This document shows positions 9,420 through 18,969 of a stretch of DNA of 64,000 bases, in pieces; positions within the stretch are counted from its first letter, which is position 1; each line of letters starts with the position of its first letter. The translations under genes and the position numbers were made by a program. The notes beneath the pieces were generated by a model. The model saw only the letters and a program-made list of their open reading frames with translations. It did not search any database and was not told the DNA's origin. The stretch is taken from positions 4,604-68,603 of the IMG/VR virus record IMGVR_UViG_3300015214_000033, one strand, 5' to 3'. This DNA is from a virus. Lineage: Duplodnaviria > Caudoviricetes.

Positions 9420-11201
9420 ATGAACAGTAACGGAGAAATTGTAGCATTAGACGATTTTGAACACGTATTACTTAGACCAACAATGTATGTTGGTTCAGTG
9501 GATAAATCAGAAGAAAAGATTCCAATCATTAGAAATAATAAAGTTATAGTAGAATCTAGAGATATTTCTGTTGGATTTTACAAAATGATGATTGAAATTT
9601 TGGACAATGCATTTGATGAAGCAAAACGTCTTAAAGGACAGATGCCAAAAATAGAAATTCATTTTGATTCTAAAACAAATGGTGTAACAGTAGTTGATAC
9701 TGGTGGAGGATTTTTAAATGGATCAGCAGTAAATAAGAAAACTGGAGACACAAATGTTGCATCTGCGGTTACACGTCTTAGAGCAGGTACTAACTTTACT
9801 AATGACAATAAAGAAGAAAACCTTATTGGTACAAATGGAGTTGGTGCAGCATTAGTTAATATGTTGTCTGATGAATTCAGTATTACTACAATAAATTCAA
9901 AAGAATCATATACACAAGAATGGACACAGTTTGTTTCTAAAGGTCCTAAAGTAGAAAAAAAGAAAAGCGGAGTACAAACTGGAACTACTGTATTTTTTCA
10001 ACCACGCAAAGACATGTTTAAACGATGTAAGTGGGATAAAGAGTATGTTCATTCGATGATGATATTTAAACAATTCTTAAAAAAGAATGATCCTATAATA
10101 TCTGACTTGGAGTTTATTTGTACTTTTGATGGAGAACAACTTGATCTTGACGTTTCATTTGTACCTGAAAATAACTTTAAGATTGAAACAACTATTGGAG
10201 TTTTGTATGTGTGGGAATCATTTCCACAGTCATCTACAATATCATTTATTAATGGTGCAATATGTACAGGTATTCATCAATTAATTACAAGAGAATGGTT
10301 AAATGATGCTTTTGATTCTCCAGTTGCTCATAAGTTTTATGAATGTTTTTTCATGTTAAATCTTCCACCTAAAATTGTAAGATTCGGTGATCAAAATAAA
10401 ACAAAATTCGTAATAAATAGAGGAGAAATGACTCCGATATTAGAAAAAGCATTTTTTAATAAAATAAAGAGAAGTCTCAACCGTTCAGATATTTATGAAC
10501 CAATTTTAAGAAAAATTGCAGAATCTAATAAAGAAGCTGATGTTAAACAATTAAAGTCTGAAAAACGTAAACAGAAAAATAAAATTTCCGATAAGTTTTT
10601 TCCACCATCTACATCACCAGAGAATTTGTTTATTGTTGAAGGAGGATCTGCACTTGGTTCACTTATTCAAAAACGAAATCCAAAATTTGATGCAGTGTAT
10701 GCATTGACAGGAAAGATTAAGAATGCAAGAAAACTTTCTGATTTAACATCAAATGGAGAGATTATTGATTTGATGAATATTTTAAATCTCGATCCTACTA
10801 ATGACACAAAATGTAAATATGAAAGGATAATCATATCAACAGATGCGGATCCAGATGGTCACCACATATCATCTCTTTTAATCAATTTGTTTCACTTATG
10901 GTTCCCTAATGTTATTAGACAAGGTAGGTTATACGTCCTTAAAACACCTCTGATCTCAGTAAAAGAAAATAGTAAGATACATTATTTTTATACCAATAAA
11001 GAGTATACTACATTTGAGACATCTAAAAATGCTGTTATACGTTATCATAAAGGATTAGGATCTTTAAATAAAGAAGACTGGGAAGTTATTTTTGATAAAA
11101 TGCAATTATATAAAATAGTTGAAGATTCTAGAAGTGATCATATGATGAAAGTTGCATTTGGAGTTAATGCTGGCTTGCGTAAAAAGTGGCTTCAATCATA
11201 A
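9420..11201 (+). CDS. Type II topoisomerase ATPase/TOPRIM subunit (gp39+gp60, GyrB-like)
   Basis: EHVLLRPTMYVGS, EILDNAFDE, GTNGVGA, IVEGGSA and DADPDGHHI. Confidence 0.93.
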   Translation: MNSNGEIVALDDFEHVLLRPTMYVGSVDKSEEKIPIIRNNKVIVESRDISVGFYKMMIEILDNAFDEAKRLKGQMPKIEIHFDSKTNGVTVVDTGGGFLNGSAVNKKTGDTNVASAVTRLRAGTNFTNDNKEENLIGTNGVGAALVNMLSDEFSITTINSKESYTQEWTQFVSKGPKVEKKKSGVQTGTTVFFQPRKDMFKRCKWDKEYVHSMMIFKQFLKKNDPIISDLEFICTFDGEQLDLDVSFVPENNFKIETTIGVLYVWESFPQSSTISFINGAICTGIHQLITREWLNDAFDSPVAHKFYECFFMLNLPPKIVRFGDQNKTKFVINRGEMTPILEKAFFNKIKRSLNRSDIYEPILRKIAESNKEADVKQLKSEKRKQKNKISDKFFPPSTSPENLFIVEGGSALGSLIQKRNPKFDAVYALTGKIKNARKLSDLTSNGEIIDLMNILNLDPTNDTKCKYERIIISTDADPDGHHISSLLINLFHLWFPNVIRQGRLYVLKTPLISVKENSKIHYFYTNKEYTTFETSKNAVIRYHKGLGSLNKEDWEVIFDKMQLYKIVEDSRSDHMMKVAFGVNAGLRKKWLQS

Positions 11202-11210
11202 GATATATAC
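11202..11210 (+). promoter_or_regulatory. GATATATAC putative late promoter
   Basis: 18 nt upstream of the ATG at 11229. Confidence 0.55.
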
Positions 11211-11228
11211 AAAAAATTTATTTGTAAT

Positions 11229-12044
11229 ATGGAATCATTTGAGTTATTCTGTGAAAGTTTAAACTATAAAGAATTTGAATCAATTTTAGAATATGACACA
11301 AAAGATGTTAAACGTATAGATGACTTTTTTAAAAAGTCTGGAGGTAATATGGACAAAGTTATTAAGTTAGCTACACAAATGTCTAAAACTATTACAAATC
11401 CAACTAAAGCATTTAATCGCGGAGAAGCAGCAATTGATGTAATGAAAACTGGTGATCAACCAAATCCAGTAGCAGACATATTTTTTGCTCGCGCAAATGA
11501 ATTAGGTTATGATCCAGACAAGATTCCAGTTACAGTACCAAAATCACCAAAAACAGCCGATATGGAAGAGGAAATTGAAGCTGCTAAAGAAGATGACGAT
11601 GAGACACTTGCAAAAACAGCTCCAACTCCTAAAATAACTCGTGAGCCAAGTACAAAGCCCGCTAGTTTACTTCCTGTTGCTGAACAATATTCGTCAACAG
11701 CAAATCCTAAAACTGTTCCAGGACCTCATGGAGCAGGGACGCCTATTGCATATATAGGCTCACTTAATTTAGCAAACGGTAAATGTGGAAATTTTAATTT
11801 GTTTGATCTTGAACAAGGAACAGCTGAAGTATGGAAACTTAATGATGATGAACATATTATTGTTTTTAATGAAAAAACAACACCAGCAGTAGCAATAGAA
11901 ACACCATGTGGATTTTTAGATGCTTTAAATAAAAGAAACTATTTATTTTATGCTGAGCTTGTGGATTATATTGATTCACAAGATATGCATGCATTAATAG
12001 ATCTATATGGAGAAAAAATAAAAGCATATAAATATGAGTTTTAA
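11229..12044 (+). CDS. Hypothetical protein with a CTS-like leader
   Basis: MESFELFCES; 271 aa with a Pro/Ala-rich linker. Confidence 0.65.
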   Translation: MESFELFCESLNYKEFESILEYDTKDVKRIDDFFKKSGGNMDKVIKLATQMSKTITNPTKAFNRGEAAIDVMKTGDQPNPVADIFFARANELGYDPDKIPVTVPKSPKTADMEEEIEAAKEDDDETLAKTAPTPKITREPSTKPASLLPVAEQYSSTANPKTVPGPHGAGTPIAYIGSLNLANGKCGNFNLFDLEQGTAEVWKLNDDEHIIVFNEKTTPAVAIETPCGFLDALNKRNYLFYAELVDYIDSQDMHALIDLYGEKIKAYKYEF

Positions 12045-13242
12045 TATTAAATCATTCGATGAATTTATCAATGAAGATTTATCAATAGGTGTTTTTGGTG
12101 GTATAGAAGATTTTTTAAAACCACTATTTAAAAATGCAAAAGCAAATCATAAATTACTAAAAGGAATGCCAGAACTTAGTTCATGGCGAGACACTGATGC
12201 AACTTATCCATTAGATAAAACTAAAAAGATGAGACGACTAACTCCTGCAATAAAAGATTATGATTGGCGCTCATCGAAAAAACCATTGACAGTAGACGGA
12301 GTTGAATGCGAATTATTTTGTTTATTGACTGGAACTGAGAATGAATATGGCATGACGGTTGTTCCAGATATTTATAAAGATGATGAACTTGTACTCATAT
12401 TGGAATCTGAAGAAGCTATTCCAAGAGATAGCTTAAAACTTTTATTTGAAGATCGAATAATATCAGGTTCTTTTAAGGTAGCAGATAATGCAATTACTAA
12501 AGGATCTAAGTATAGCAAAAAGACATCGACACTCACTCAACAAACTATTCAATTTTATAGTCCAACAATTACTGTTATAACATATGAAATTGATGTTAAA
12601 GATGCAGTTACTATATCTTCTACTGATATTGAAAAATTACAATCATTCCAAGATTTAATAGCATTACCATTTGTTAAATATGCATCTACACCTATACAGA
12701 TAAAAAACGGGACATATGTGTTTGAATTAAATAAGAAATATATAATGCCTTTTAATATAAAAACAGGTAGGATATTTTTTAGTCAACCAAAACATGATTT
12801 TGCAGTGTATTCAACTGGATATGTTAGAAATTTATCAGGTTCGAGAGCACAACTAATGAAATTTAAATTTAATTTTGCTACTATAGATGGTTGGGATGAT
12901 GCATTTAAACGAGTAGCACAAGAATATGATATAGATACACTTAAAAAAGAAGGATGGTTTGGTCATAAATCAATATTTAATCGCAATGATCAAATGAATA
13001 TTTTAAGAACTGCTGCAAAAACTAATTTTGCAAATGCTACTAATGTTGAAGCTATACCACTTTCTAGAATTAAAGAATTTTTATCAGATGACTTAAAATT
13101 CACTAAAGCAGAGAGTGAAGAATTTGAAGAGTATGCAAAACATAGAGGTTTAAAATGGGCTTACATTACTCCGTTTATTGATGAAGAAACTGAGACTAGA
13201 AATAAACCTAGAATTAGAATGTCAGGCCTTAAAGGCCTTTAG
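12034..13242 (+). CDS. Hypothetical protein with a CTS-like leader and a basic C-terminal motif
   Basis: N-terminus MSFNIKSFDEFINE; C-terminus RIRMSGLKGL*. Confidence 0.65.
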   Translation: MSFNIKSFDEFINEDLSIGVFGGIEDFLKPLFKNAKANHKLLKGMPELSSWRDTDATYPLDKTKKMRRLTPAIKDYDWRSSKKPLTVDGVECELFCLLTGTENEYGMTVVPDIYKDDELVLILESEEAIPRDSLKLLFEDRIISGSFKVADNAITKGSKYSKKTSTLTQQTIQFYSPTITVITYEIDVKDAVTISSTDIEKLQSFQDLIALPFVKYASTPIQIKNGTYVFELNKKYIMPFNIKTGRIFFSQPKHDFAVYSTGYVRNLSGSRAQLMKFKFNFATIDGWDDAFKRVAQEYDIDTLKKEGWFGHKSIFNRNDQMNILRTAAKTNFANATNVEAIPLSRIKEFLSDDLKFTKAESEEFEEYAKHRGLKWAYITPFIDEETETRNKPRIRMSGLKGL

Positions 13243-13307
13243 GCAAAGTATTTTCTTAAACTCCATTATTTGTTATTTTTAATTATTAATTTTTAAACAC
13301 TACTACT

Positions 13308-14738
13308 GTGGCAAAAATACAAAAAGATAGAACGGTCAAAGAGACGCGTTTTGGTATTTCTAATCATATAAATATAAATTTTAGAGACTATGCATTATAT
13401 GTTTTAGAAAACAGAGGGATACCGTGTTTTTATGATGCATTAACAAATGTTCAACGTGTTTCATTAATGAATGCACCTAAGTCATTTGATAAAACTATTG
13501 GATTAATAGGTTCTTGTATTAAAGACGGGTATCACCATGGGGATGCTAGCTTAGCAAAAGCTATTAATAAATTAGCAAGACCTTTTGGTTGTGCTGAACA
13601 ACTATTACTTGGTGACGGTTTTTTTGGTACGCCAGTAAATCCAGACGCATCGGCATCAAGATATACTTCTGTTAAAATTAATCCTATGATTTCTAAAATT
13701 ATAGGTGAACACATGGTTCTGAATTATAAAAATGAAGAAAACCGGTGGGATTATTTGCGCACAGAAATACCAATTGGTCTATTAACTTCCGTTATTGGCG
13801 TTGCTGTAGGATATAAATCTACAATTTTACCAAGAAAAAAGGAAGAAATTGAAAAATTTTTAGATGGTAAAAAAGCAAATCTCACTCCATATTTTAAAGA
13901 TTTTAGTGGTAAAGTATCATCATATAATGGATTACAAAAATCATGGCTTATTGAGAGTAGTTTAGAAATAAATGATACATATAAAACTATTCGAATAACA
14001 AATATCCCACCTTTAATGAAATATAGTAGTTTCATTAAAAAATTATCAAAGATTCAAGATTATAATATAGAGTTTGTAATTCAAAATGATAGCGCAGATG
14101 ATGTTGATATAACATTGATTTATAAAAAAGGTGAAAGCTGGAATGATTTCAGAGAACGCATAGAAAAAATAACTAAAATTATTGTTACAGAAACAATGAT
14201 TTTTGTTAAAGATAGTTCAGTAGTAGAATATACCGATATTGCCGATTATTTAACGGATTATAAATTACATAGAGAACATGTCAGATTAGAACAATGTGAA
14301 TATGATCTTGTAGTATTTGATGAGAGATTAGAATTTTATAAAGCAAAATTGAAATACTTAAAATTCATGATCGCAAAAAAACGAACTGATGGAGAGATTG
14401 AAACATTTCTTACTCAATTTATTCAAACTATAAAAACTAAACTTGAAGGTATTCCACTAAAAGATCTTTCTCCACAAACAATAACAAAAACAGAAGAAAA
14501 GATTAAAGAAATTACCAATAACGTCAAGGAAACTACTGTATTGAATAAAACAATTCTTAAAAATATAATAGAATTAGAAAAAACAGTTGGTAAGAGTACT
14601 ACAACAAAAACTAAAGCTTCAATTAATTTGATGGATGAAGACTCTGATGATATTGATGGAATTGAACGTTTTAACTCTAGATCATATGATAAAGATGAAG
14701 AAACTGAAGATGAAAATGATGAAGATGAAGATGAATAA
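13308..14738 (+). CDS. Type II topoisomerase DNA-cleavage subunit (gp52, GyrA/ParC-like)
   Basis: GYHHGDAS and GFFG...ASASRYT (catalytic Tyr); acidic tail. Confidence 0.92.
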   Translation: MAKIQKDRTVKETRFGISNHININFRDYALYVLENRGIPCFYDALTNVQRVSLMNAPKSFDKTIGLIGSCIKDGYHHGDASLAKAINKLARPFGCAEQLLLGDGFFGTPVNPDASASRYTSVKINPMISKIIGEHMVLNYKNEENRWDYLRTEIPIGLLTSVIGVAVGYKSTILPRKKEEIEKFLDGKKANLTPYFKDFSGKVSSYNGLQKSWLIESSLEINDTYKTIRITNIPPLMKYSSFIKKLSKIQDYNIEFVIQNDSADDVDITLIYKKGESWNDFRERIEKITKIIVTETMIFVKDSSVVEYTDIADYLTDYKLHREHVRLEQCEYDLVVFDERLEFYKAKLKYLKFMIAKKRTDGEIETFLTQFIQTIKTKLEGIPLKDLSPQTITKTEEKIKEITNNVKETTVLNKTILKNIIELEKTVGKSTTTKTKASINLMDEDSDDIDGIERFNSRSYDKDEETEDENDEDEDE

Positions 14739-14754
14739 TTAAAATTGAATAAAG

Positions 14755-15270
14755 ATGAAACAGATTAAATTAAAAATGCATTCGTTGGTGGATGTTATTA
14801 CTAACTCATCTACGGTTATTTATACATACCAAGATGGATGCGAAAAACCTGCAAAAGAACTTATCAATGAAATGTTAAAGTTAACAGGTGAAACTACAAA
14901 AACAGCAGAAGATTTATTTTATTTTGGTGTATTTTTGGATGATGACGGCAGATATTTAGAGTATGCCTGTGATCATGGAATAGAAGGAGTACCATATCCT
15001 GACTATACATGGGATGATCCTAAACGTAAAGAATATGAAGCTGCAAATGATAAATGGGTTACAGATATTCAAACTTCTATTTTAAAGGGAGAAATTGAAC
15101 GTCCAGATTGGTTTAATCGTGCTAGCGAAGCACCTGATTATGGTTGGGAACCAGATACAGTTCTATGGATAGAACCTAAAGAAGGAACTGATGCAAAGTA
15201 TGCTGAATTTATTCAGAAAATTAGCACACTATTGAATGGTGTTTCAGCTGACGGTGGAAGAGATGGATAG
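14755..15270 (+). CDS. Hypothetical protein
   Basis: 171 aa ORF; DVITNSST motif. Confidence 0.6.
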   Translation: MKQIKLKMHSLVDVITNSSTVIYTYQDGCEKPAKELINEMLKLTGETTKTAEDLFYFGVFLDDDGRYLEYACDHGIEGVPYPDYTWDDPKRKEYEAANDKWVTDIQTSILKGEIERPDWFNRASEAPDYGWEPDTVLWIEPKEGTDAKYAEFIQKISTLLNGVSADGGRDG

Positions 15271-15613
15271 TACAACTGAGGAAATATCGAAACAAATTGA
15301 AGAAGAATTTTTTAAACTTTACAATTCTGGTGGAGATATTTCCTTTTTTATTTATTTCCCATACGATATAATTCCACCAAGGGTTCAGCAAATTTTAGAT
15401 ACATTTTTAATGGAGAGGGCGTATGATAAATTGAGTCATACATCACAAGAAGACTTGAATATTTTAAATGTATATTCTGACGACTCATTAAATTTAATTA
15501 TTGATTTAAAAGACAATGAACGTAAAAATCATTTTTTAGATGATTTAATAAATCATTTCTCTGATACTGAAGAATATGAAAAATGTGCAGCGATAAAAAC
15601 ATTTAAAAAATAG
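15263..15613 (+). CDS. Hypothetical protein with a UVR-like C-terminus
   Basis: Ends EEYEKCAAIK; ATG at 15263 overlaps the previous gene. Confidence 0.5.
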   Translation: MDSTTEEISKQIEEEFFKLYNSGGDISFFIYFPYDIIPPRVQQILDTFLMERAYDKLSHTSQEDLNILNVYSDDSLNLIIDLKDNERKNHFLDDLINHFSDTEEYEKCAAIKTFKK

Positions 15614-15668
15614 AACTAAAATATTCATTTGATTATAACATAAGATTATAATATTAAAAAAAATAACA

Positions 15669-16409
15669 ATGACAAAAATTAAATTTTCATTACATACACC
15701 TGATAAATTGACTTCATATATGAAGAAATTTTCATCAATAGAAAAGAGTTTACTTTTCGAAATAGCAGGTGATAAGATAATTGCAAAAACACATACACCT
15801 GATAAATCTGTTGTAAAAATAGGATCGGTATTAGTTACTGATATTATGGATGCAGCTTCATCAAACACAATTAATGACATTAAGATTGGAATGTATGCAA
15901 TTGACAATTTCATTGCAACATTTAAACATTTTGGAGATAGTGCGGTAACATTAGAAGTTGATTCATCAACAGTTGGAGCAGAAGAAATTGCAACAGAAGT
16001 AAAAGCAGTTTCCAAAAGCCTTAAAATCTCATTCCCTTGTGCAAGTTCAAGTCTTTTCAGATATATTGATCAAGCTCTCGCAACAAAATTGATAGACACA
16101 AAGGATGCATTATTTTCATTTAGAATTGATAAAGATACATTATCTAAAGTATCAGCATTATCGGGTCTTGATAATGACAGTGAAAAAATCTCAATTGTTT
16201 CTAAAAATGAACAAGCATTTTTTGAAGGAAAGAGTTTTGAATTAAATATGCCGGGTGTATCTACAGATGAAGATGGTGATATTTCTATCTATAAATCACA
16301 TTTCAGTTTTATTGACCGTGAAGATTCTGAAATCTTTGTGTTAGAGTCTAAAGTTATTATCAAATCGTTAGAATCCGACACTAGTATTATAATCGGAAAA
16401 GTAGAATAA
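15669..16409 (+). CDS. Sliding clamp (gp45-like)
   Basis: 246 aa; MKKFSSIEKSLLF...IGMYAIDNFIATF parallels the gp45 pattern LKNFATIN...AIYDLNGFL. Confidence 0.65.
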   Translation: MTKIKFSLHTPDKLTSYMKKFSSIEKSLLFEIAGDKIIAKTHTPDKSVVKIGSVLVTDIMDAASSNTINDIKIGMYAIDNFIATFKHFGDSAVTLEVDSSTVGAEEIATEVKAVSKSLKISFPCASSSLFRYIDQALATKLIDTKDALFSFRIDKDTLSKVSALSGLDNDSEKISIVSKNEQAFFEGKSFELNMPGVSTDEDGDISIYKSHFSFIDREDSEIFVLESKVIIKSLESDTSIIIGKVE

Positions 16410-16603
16410 TGGAAGTATTACAATTCATATTTAGTAGTTTTTGGATATGGCTTGGATGCTGTGTATTTTTATCAATGATAATTAAAGGCATATTTTATTT
16501 CTATAATAGAATGCTTAGACATATTGCAATTATGAAGCATGGTTATCCTGAAGGTTGTAATGCTGATGGAAAATTTAATAAACCTGTGAAAAATGACAAC
16601 TAA
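16409..16603 (+). CDS. Small membrane protein
   Basis: Hydrophobic N-terminal helix; 64 aa. Confidence 0.5.
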   Translation: MEVLQFIFSSFWIWLGCCVFLSMIIKGIFYFYNRMLRHIAIMKHGYPEGCNADGKFNKPVKNDN

Positions 16604-16624
16604 ATAAATAACAACTATAAAGAT

Positions 16625-16651
16625 AGGGAACCCTGAGTGGTTCCCTTTTTT
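16625..16651 (+). terminator. Rho-independent terminator
   Basis: AGGGAACC-CTGAGT-GGTTCCCT followed by TTTTT. Confidence 0.8.
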
Positions 16652-16698
16652 ATGTGAACTTTTCCGTCTGGTATCATTTAAATTTTAAACAAAAAACA

Positions 16699-17643
16699 AT
16701 GAATGATTCAATTAAAAATAATATTGAAGAAATGGTTTATAATGAACCAATGTTTTCAATTCTATGTAATGTAAAATCAACTTCAAGTAAACATATTGAA
16801 GTTGATACTCCTCGTATGACATATGGCAATGGTAATATGTCAATAGAAAAATTTAGAAAAGTTATTGAGTTGACAACAAAATCAATTTCTGCATCATATA
16901 CTAGACAACAGCAGGAGGCTATTGCAAAATTTGGAATTGATGTACAACATCAATTAATGTCTGTTTTATTAAATGGAGCTAGACAAACTATTTTTAAAGA
17001 AATTATTCAAAAAATGAATAATTATGGTGATATACGATATCACTCGTCGTATACATCTAAGGAGCTTAGAAAGGACAAGTTTTATAAATTTTTATATTCT
17101 AAATTCAAATTTTTATATTCATTATTTCCTATTCCAAAGGAATATAAAAAAATAATAGACTTATCCAAAGACACTAAAAATGTTGCAGAAATGCAACAAA
17201 AATTGATGCAAACAATTTTATCGGAATCACATAAGATTGCAACTTCTACACGTCTTGGACCAGCAACACATGCAATAGTTAATTGTAAACTTGCGACCAT
17301 TTTATCAGATTTACAAGAATATGTACATGATACTAATGGCAAAATTTCCACAGGAGGCATTCCATGCATTACTGGAAATATTGGCGGAATTACTATTATA
17401 GTTGATCCAAATTTAAGATGGGATGATGATAGTATATTATTATTCAGACAGTCAAATAAAGATGGAAATGGAATGTTACTGTCATATAATATAGAATCAA
17501 GCGATATTAAAACTGTTGAAAATGACGTCAATGAAGGAAGAATTGTATTGTATTTAGAAAACAATATAACATTTGCAGGACATGAAGATGACGCGCCAAA
17601 CTTTTATTCTAAAATTTATTTAAACACAATAAATCTAATATAA
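16699..17643 (+). CDS. Divergent gp23/gp24-like capsid-fold paralogue
   Basis: KSISASYTRQQQEAIAKFGIDVQHQLMSVL...IFKEII and HAIVNCKLATIL...GNIGGITIIVDPN align by eye with gp23 core segments. Confidence 0.6.
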   Translation: MNDSIKNNIEEMVYNEPMFSILCNVKSTSSKHIEVDTPRMTYGNGNMSIEKFRKVIELTTKSISASYTRQQQEAIAKFGIDVQHQLMSVLLNGARQTIFKEIIQKMNNYGDIRYHSSYTSKELRKDKFYKFLYSKFKFLYSLFPIPKEYKKIIDLSKDTKNVAEMQQKLMQTILSESHKIATSTRLGPATHAIVNCKLATILSDLQEYVHDTNGKISTGGIPCITGNIGGITIIVDPNLRWDDDSILLFRQSNKDGNGMLLSYNIESSDIKTVENDVNEGRIVLYLENNITFAGHEDDAPNFYSKIYLNTINLI

Positions 17644-17644
17644 T

Positions 17645-17956
17645 ATGATAGAAATTAACGAATCAAACATCGATGACACATTAGTGTCTGATCAATTAGT
17701 AATGATCGATTTTTGGGCTGAATGGTGTGGTCCATGTAAAATGCTTACTCCCATAGTTGAAGAACTAGCTACTGAGTATAAGGATAAAGCAGTAATTACA
17801 AAATGTAATGTGGACACAAATCCAAACATTGCTACTAAGTATGCAATCAGAAACATTCCTACTGTGCTTTTCTTGCGTAATGGTGAAGTGATAGATAAAA
17901 TAATAGGTGTTCAACCTAAACTAACATTCGAAGAAAAATTAAATGCTTTGCAATAA
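17645..17956 (+). CDS. trxA: Thioredoxin
   Basis: DFWAEWCGPCK and IRNIPT. Confidence 0.95.
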   Translation: MIEINESNIDDTLVSDQLVMIDFWAEWCGPCKMLTPIVEELATEYKDKAVITKCNVDTNPNIATKYAIRNIPTVLFLRNGEVIDKIIGVQPKLTFEEKLNALQ

Positions 17957-18276
17957 TGACTGAAGATCAACAAGAAGCATTTAATACAGTTAAAAAATTG
18001 AATGATATTCTATACGAGAAATACTCAACAAGTAAAAATCTTGATATAGATTATCTTCCAATTTTTTCAATTACATTTGCCGCACATTATTTTTTCATTA
18101 GTTTATCTATACCCGGAGCTCATGAAGGTCAGGAATTTCATATATACAGTTCAGAAAATAATGATAGGATGTATGATGAAGATACTGATAGTTATGAAAG
18201 TTTCGAAGTTTTTATTAGACGAAAACTTGATGAAATAACATACGATATTAACAAAATAAAAATTCCGAAGAAATGA
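17956..18276 (+). CDS. Hypothetical protein
   Basis: 106 aa ORF. Confidence 0.55.
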   Translation: MTEDQQEAFNTVKKLNDILYEKYSTSKNLDIDYLPIFSITFAAHYFFISLSIPGAHEGQEFHIYSSENNDRMYDEDTDSYESFEVFIRRKLDEITYDINKIKIPKK

Positions 18277-18632
18277 TAATGTCAGAAGAAACATATCTAG
18301 AGATGAAATCTCTTGTTCATCAATATGAGACTCGTATGAAGAATATAGAAGATTTGCGAAATAAAAAAATAGATGCTGTGAAAAATCAAAATTTTGAGTT
18401 GGCAGCAGATTTCAGGCAAAAAGAAAAAGATTTGATCGAGTCTACCGATAATGAACCGTATATAAAGAGTGTATCTTTAGCAGTTAAATTTACGTATAAT
18501 CCAAATTATGGAGATGACAGGATTTGTGAATGTGGTCATGAATACTATAGACATTTTGACACATATGAAGATATGGAAGTTGTCGGATGTAAATATTGTG
18601 GATGTTATGGATTCGTAGAAGAACAGAACTAA
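18273..18632 (+). CDS. UVR-motif protein with a Cys/His-rich C-terminus
   Basis: KKIDAVKNQNFELAADFRQKEK; CECGHEY...CKYCGC. Confidence 0.6.
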   Translation: MIMSEETYLEMKSLVHQYETRMKNIEDLRNKKIDAVKNQNFELAADFRQKEKDLIESTDNEPYIKSVSLAVKFTYNPNYGDDRICECGHEYYRHFDTYEDMEVVGCKYCGCYGFVEEQN

Positions 18633-18728
18633 TACTACAATATCATATAACAATATAATATATTAATTTAAGTTTTTATAAACAGTTATTAAAAGTGATT
18701 AAAAAAATTTTGATATACAAATAAGTAA

Positions 18729-18949
18729 AATTGAAGGAAGATGATAAGGACATCTAAACATAACATATCATTTGCAAATCAAAACAAAACTGATTTAATT
18801 GAACTTTATACTCAGACTATAAAGATCTATTGCAAACATATGTCTTAATGCAGATTATAATGCTGCATTAAACATACTACATAGAGGAGCATATGGTCCC
18901 TCTACCACAAAAACTTAATTTATAACTTTTTATAGAAATTAGTAATTAT
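18729..18949 (+). mobile_element. Miniature non-autonomous tnpB-derived element (internal deletion)
   Basis: Near-identical to both ends of 44760-45638. Encodes MIRTSKHNISFANQNKTDLI... joined out of frame to the tnpB C-terminus NADYNAALNILHRGAYGPSTTKT*. Confidence 0.8.
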
Positions 18950-18969
18950 AATAATTAACACAATAAAGT

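Noticed and set aside
13225-13240. AGGCCTTAAAGGCCT palindrome
   Set aside because: It lies inside coding sequence (GLKGL) with a 1-nt loop and no U tract; probably incidental.
14640-14738. GAT/GAA trinucleotide-like repeats (also at 25280 and 36800)
   Set aside because: They simply encode acidic Asp/Glu tails.
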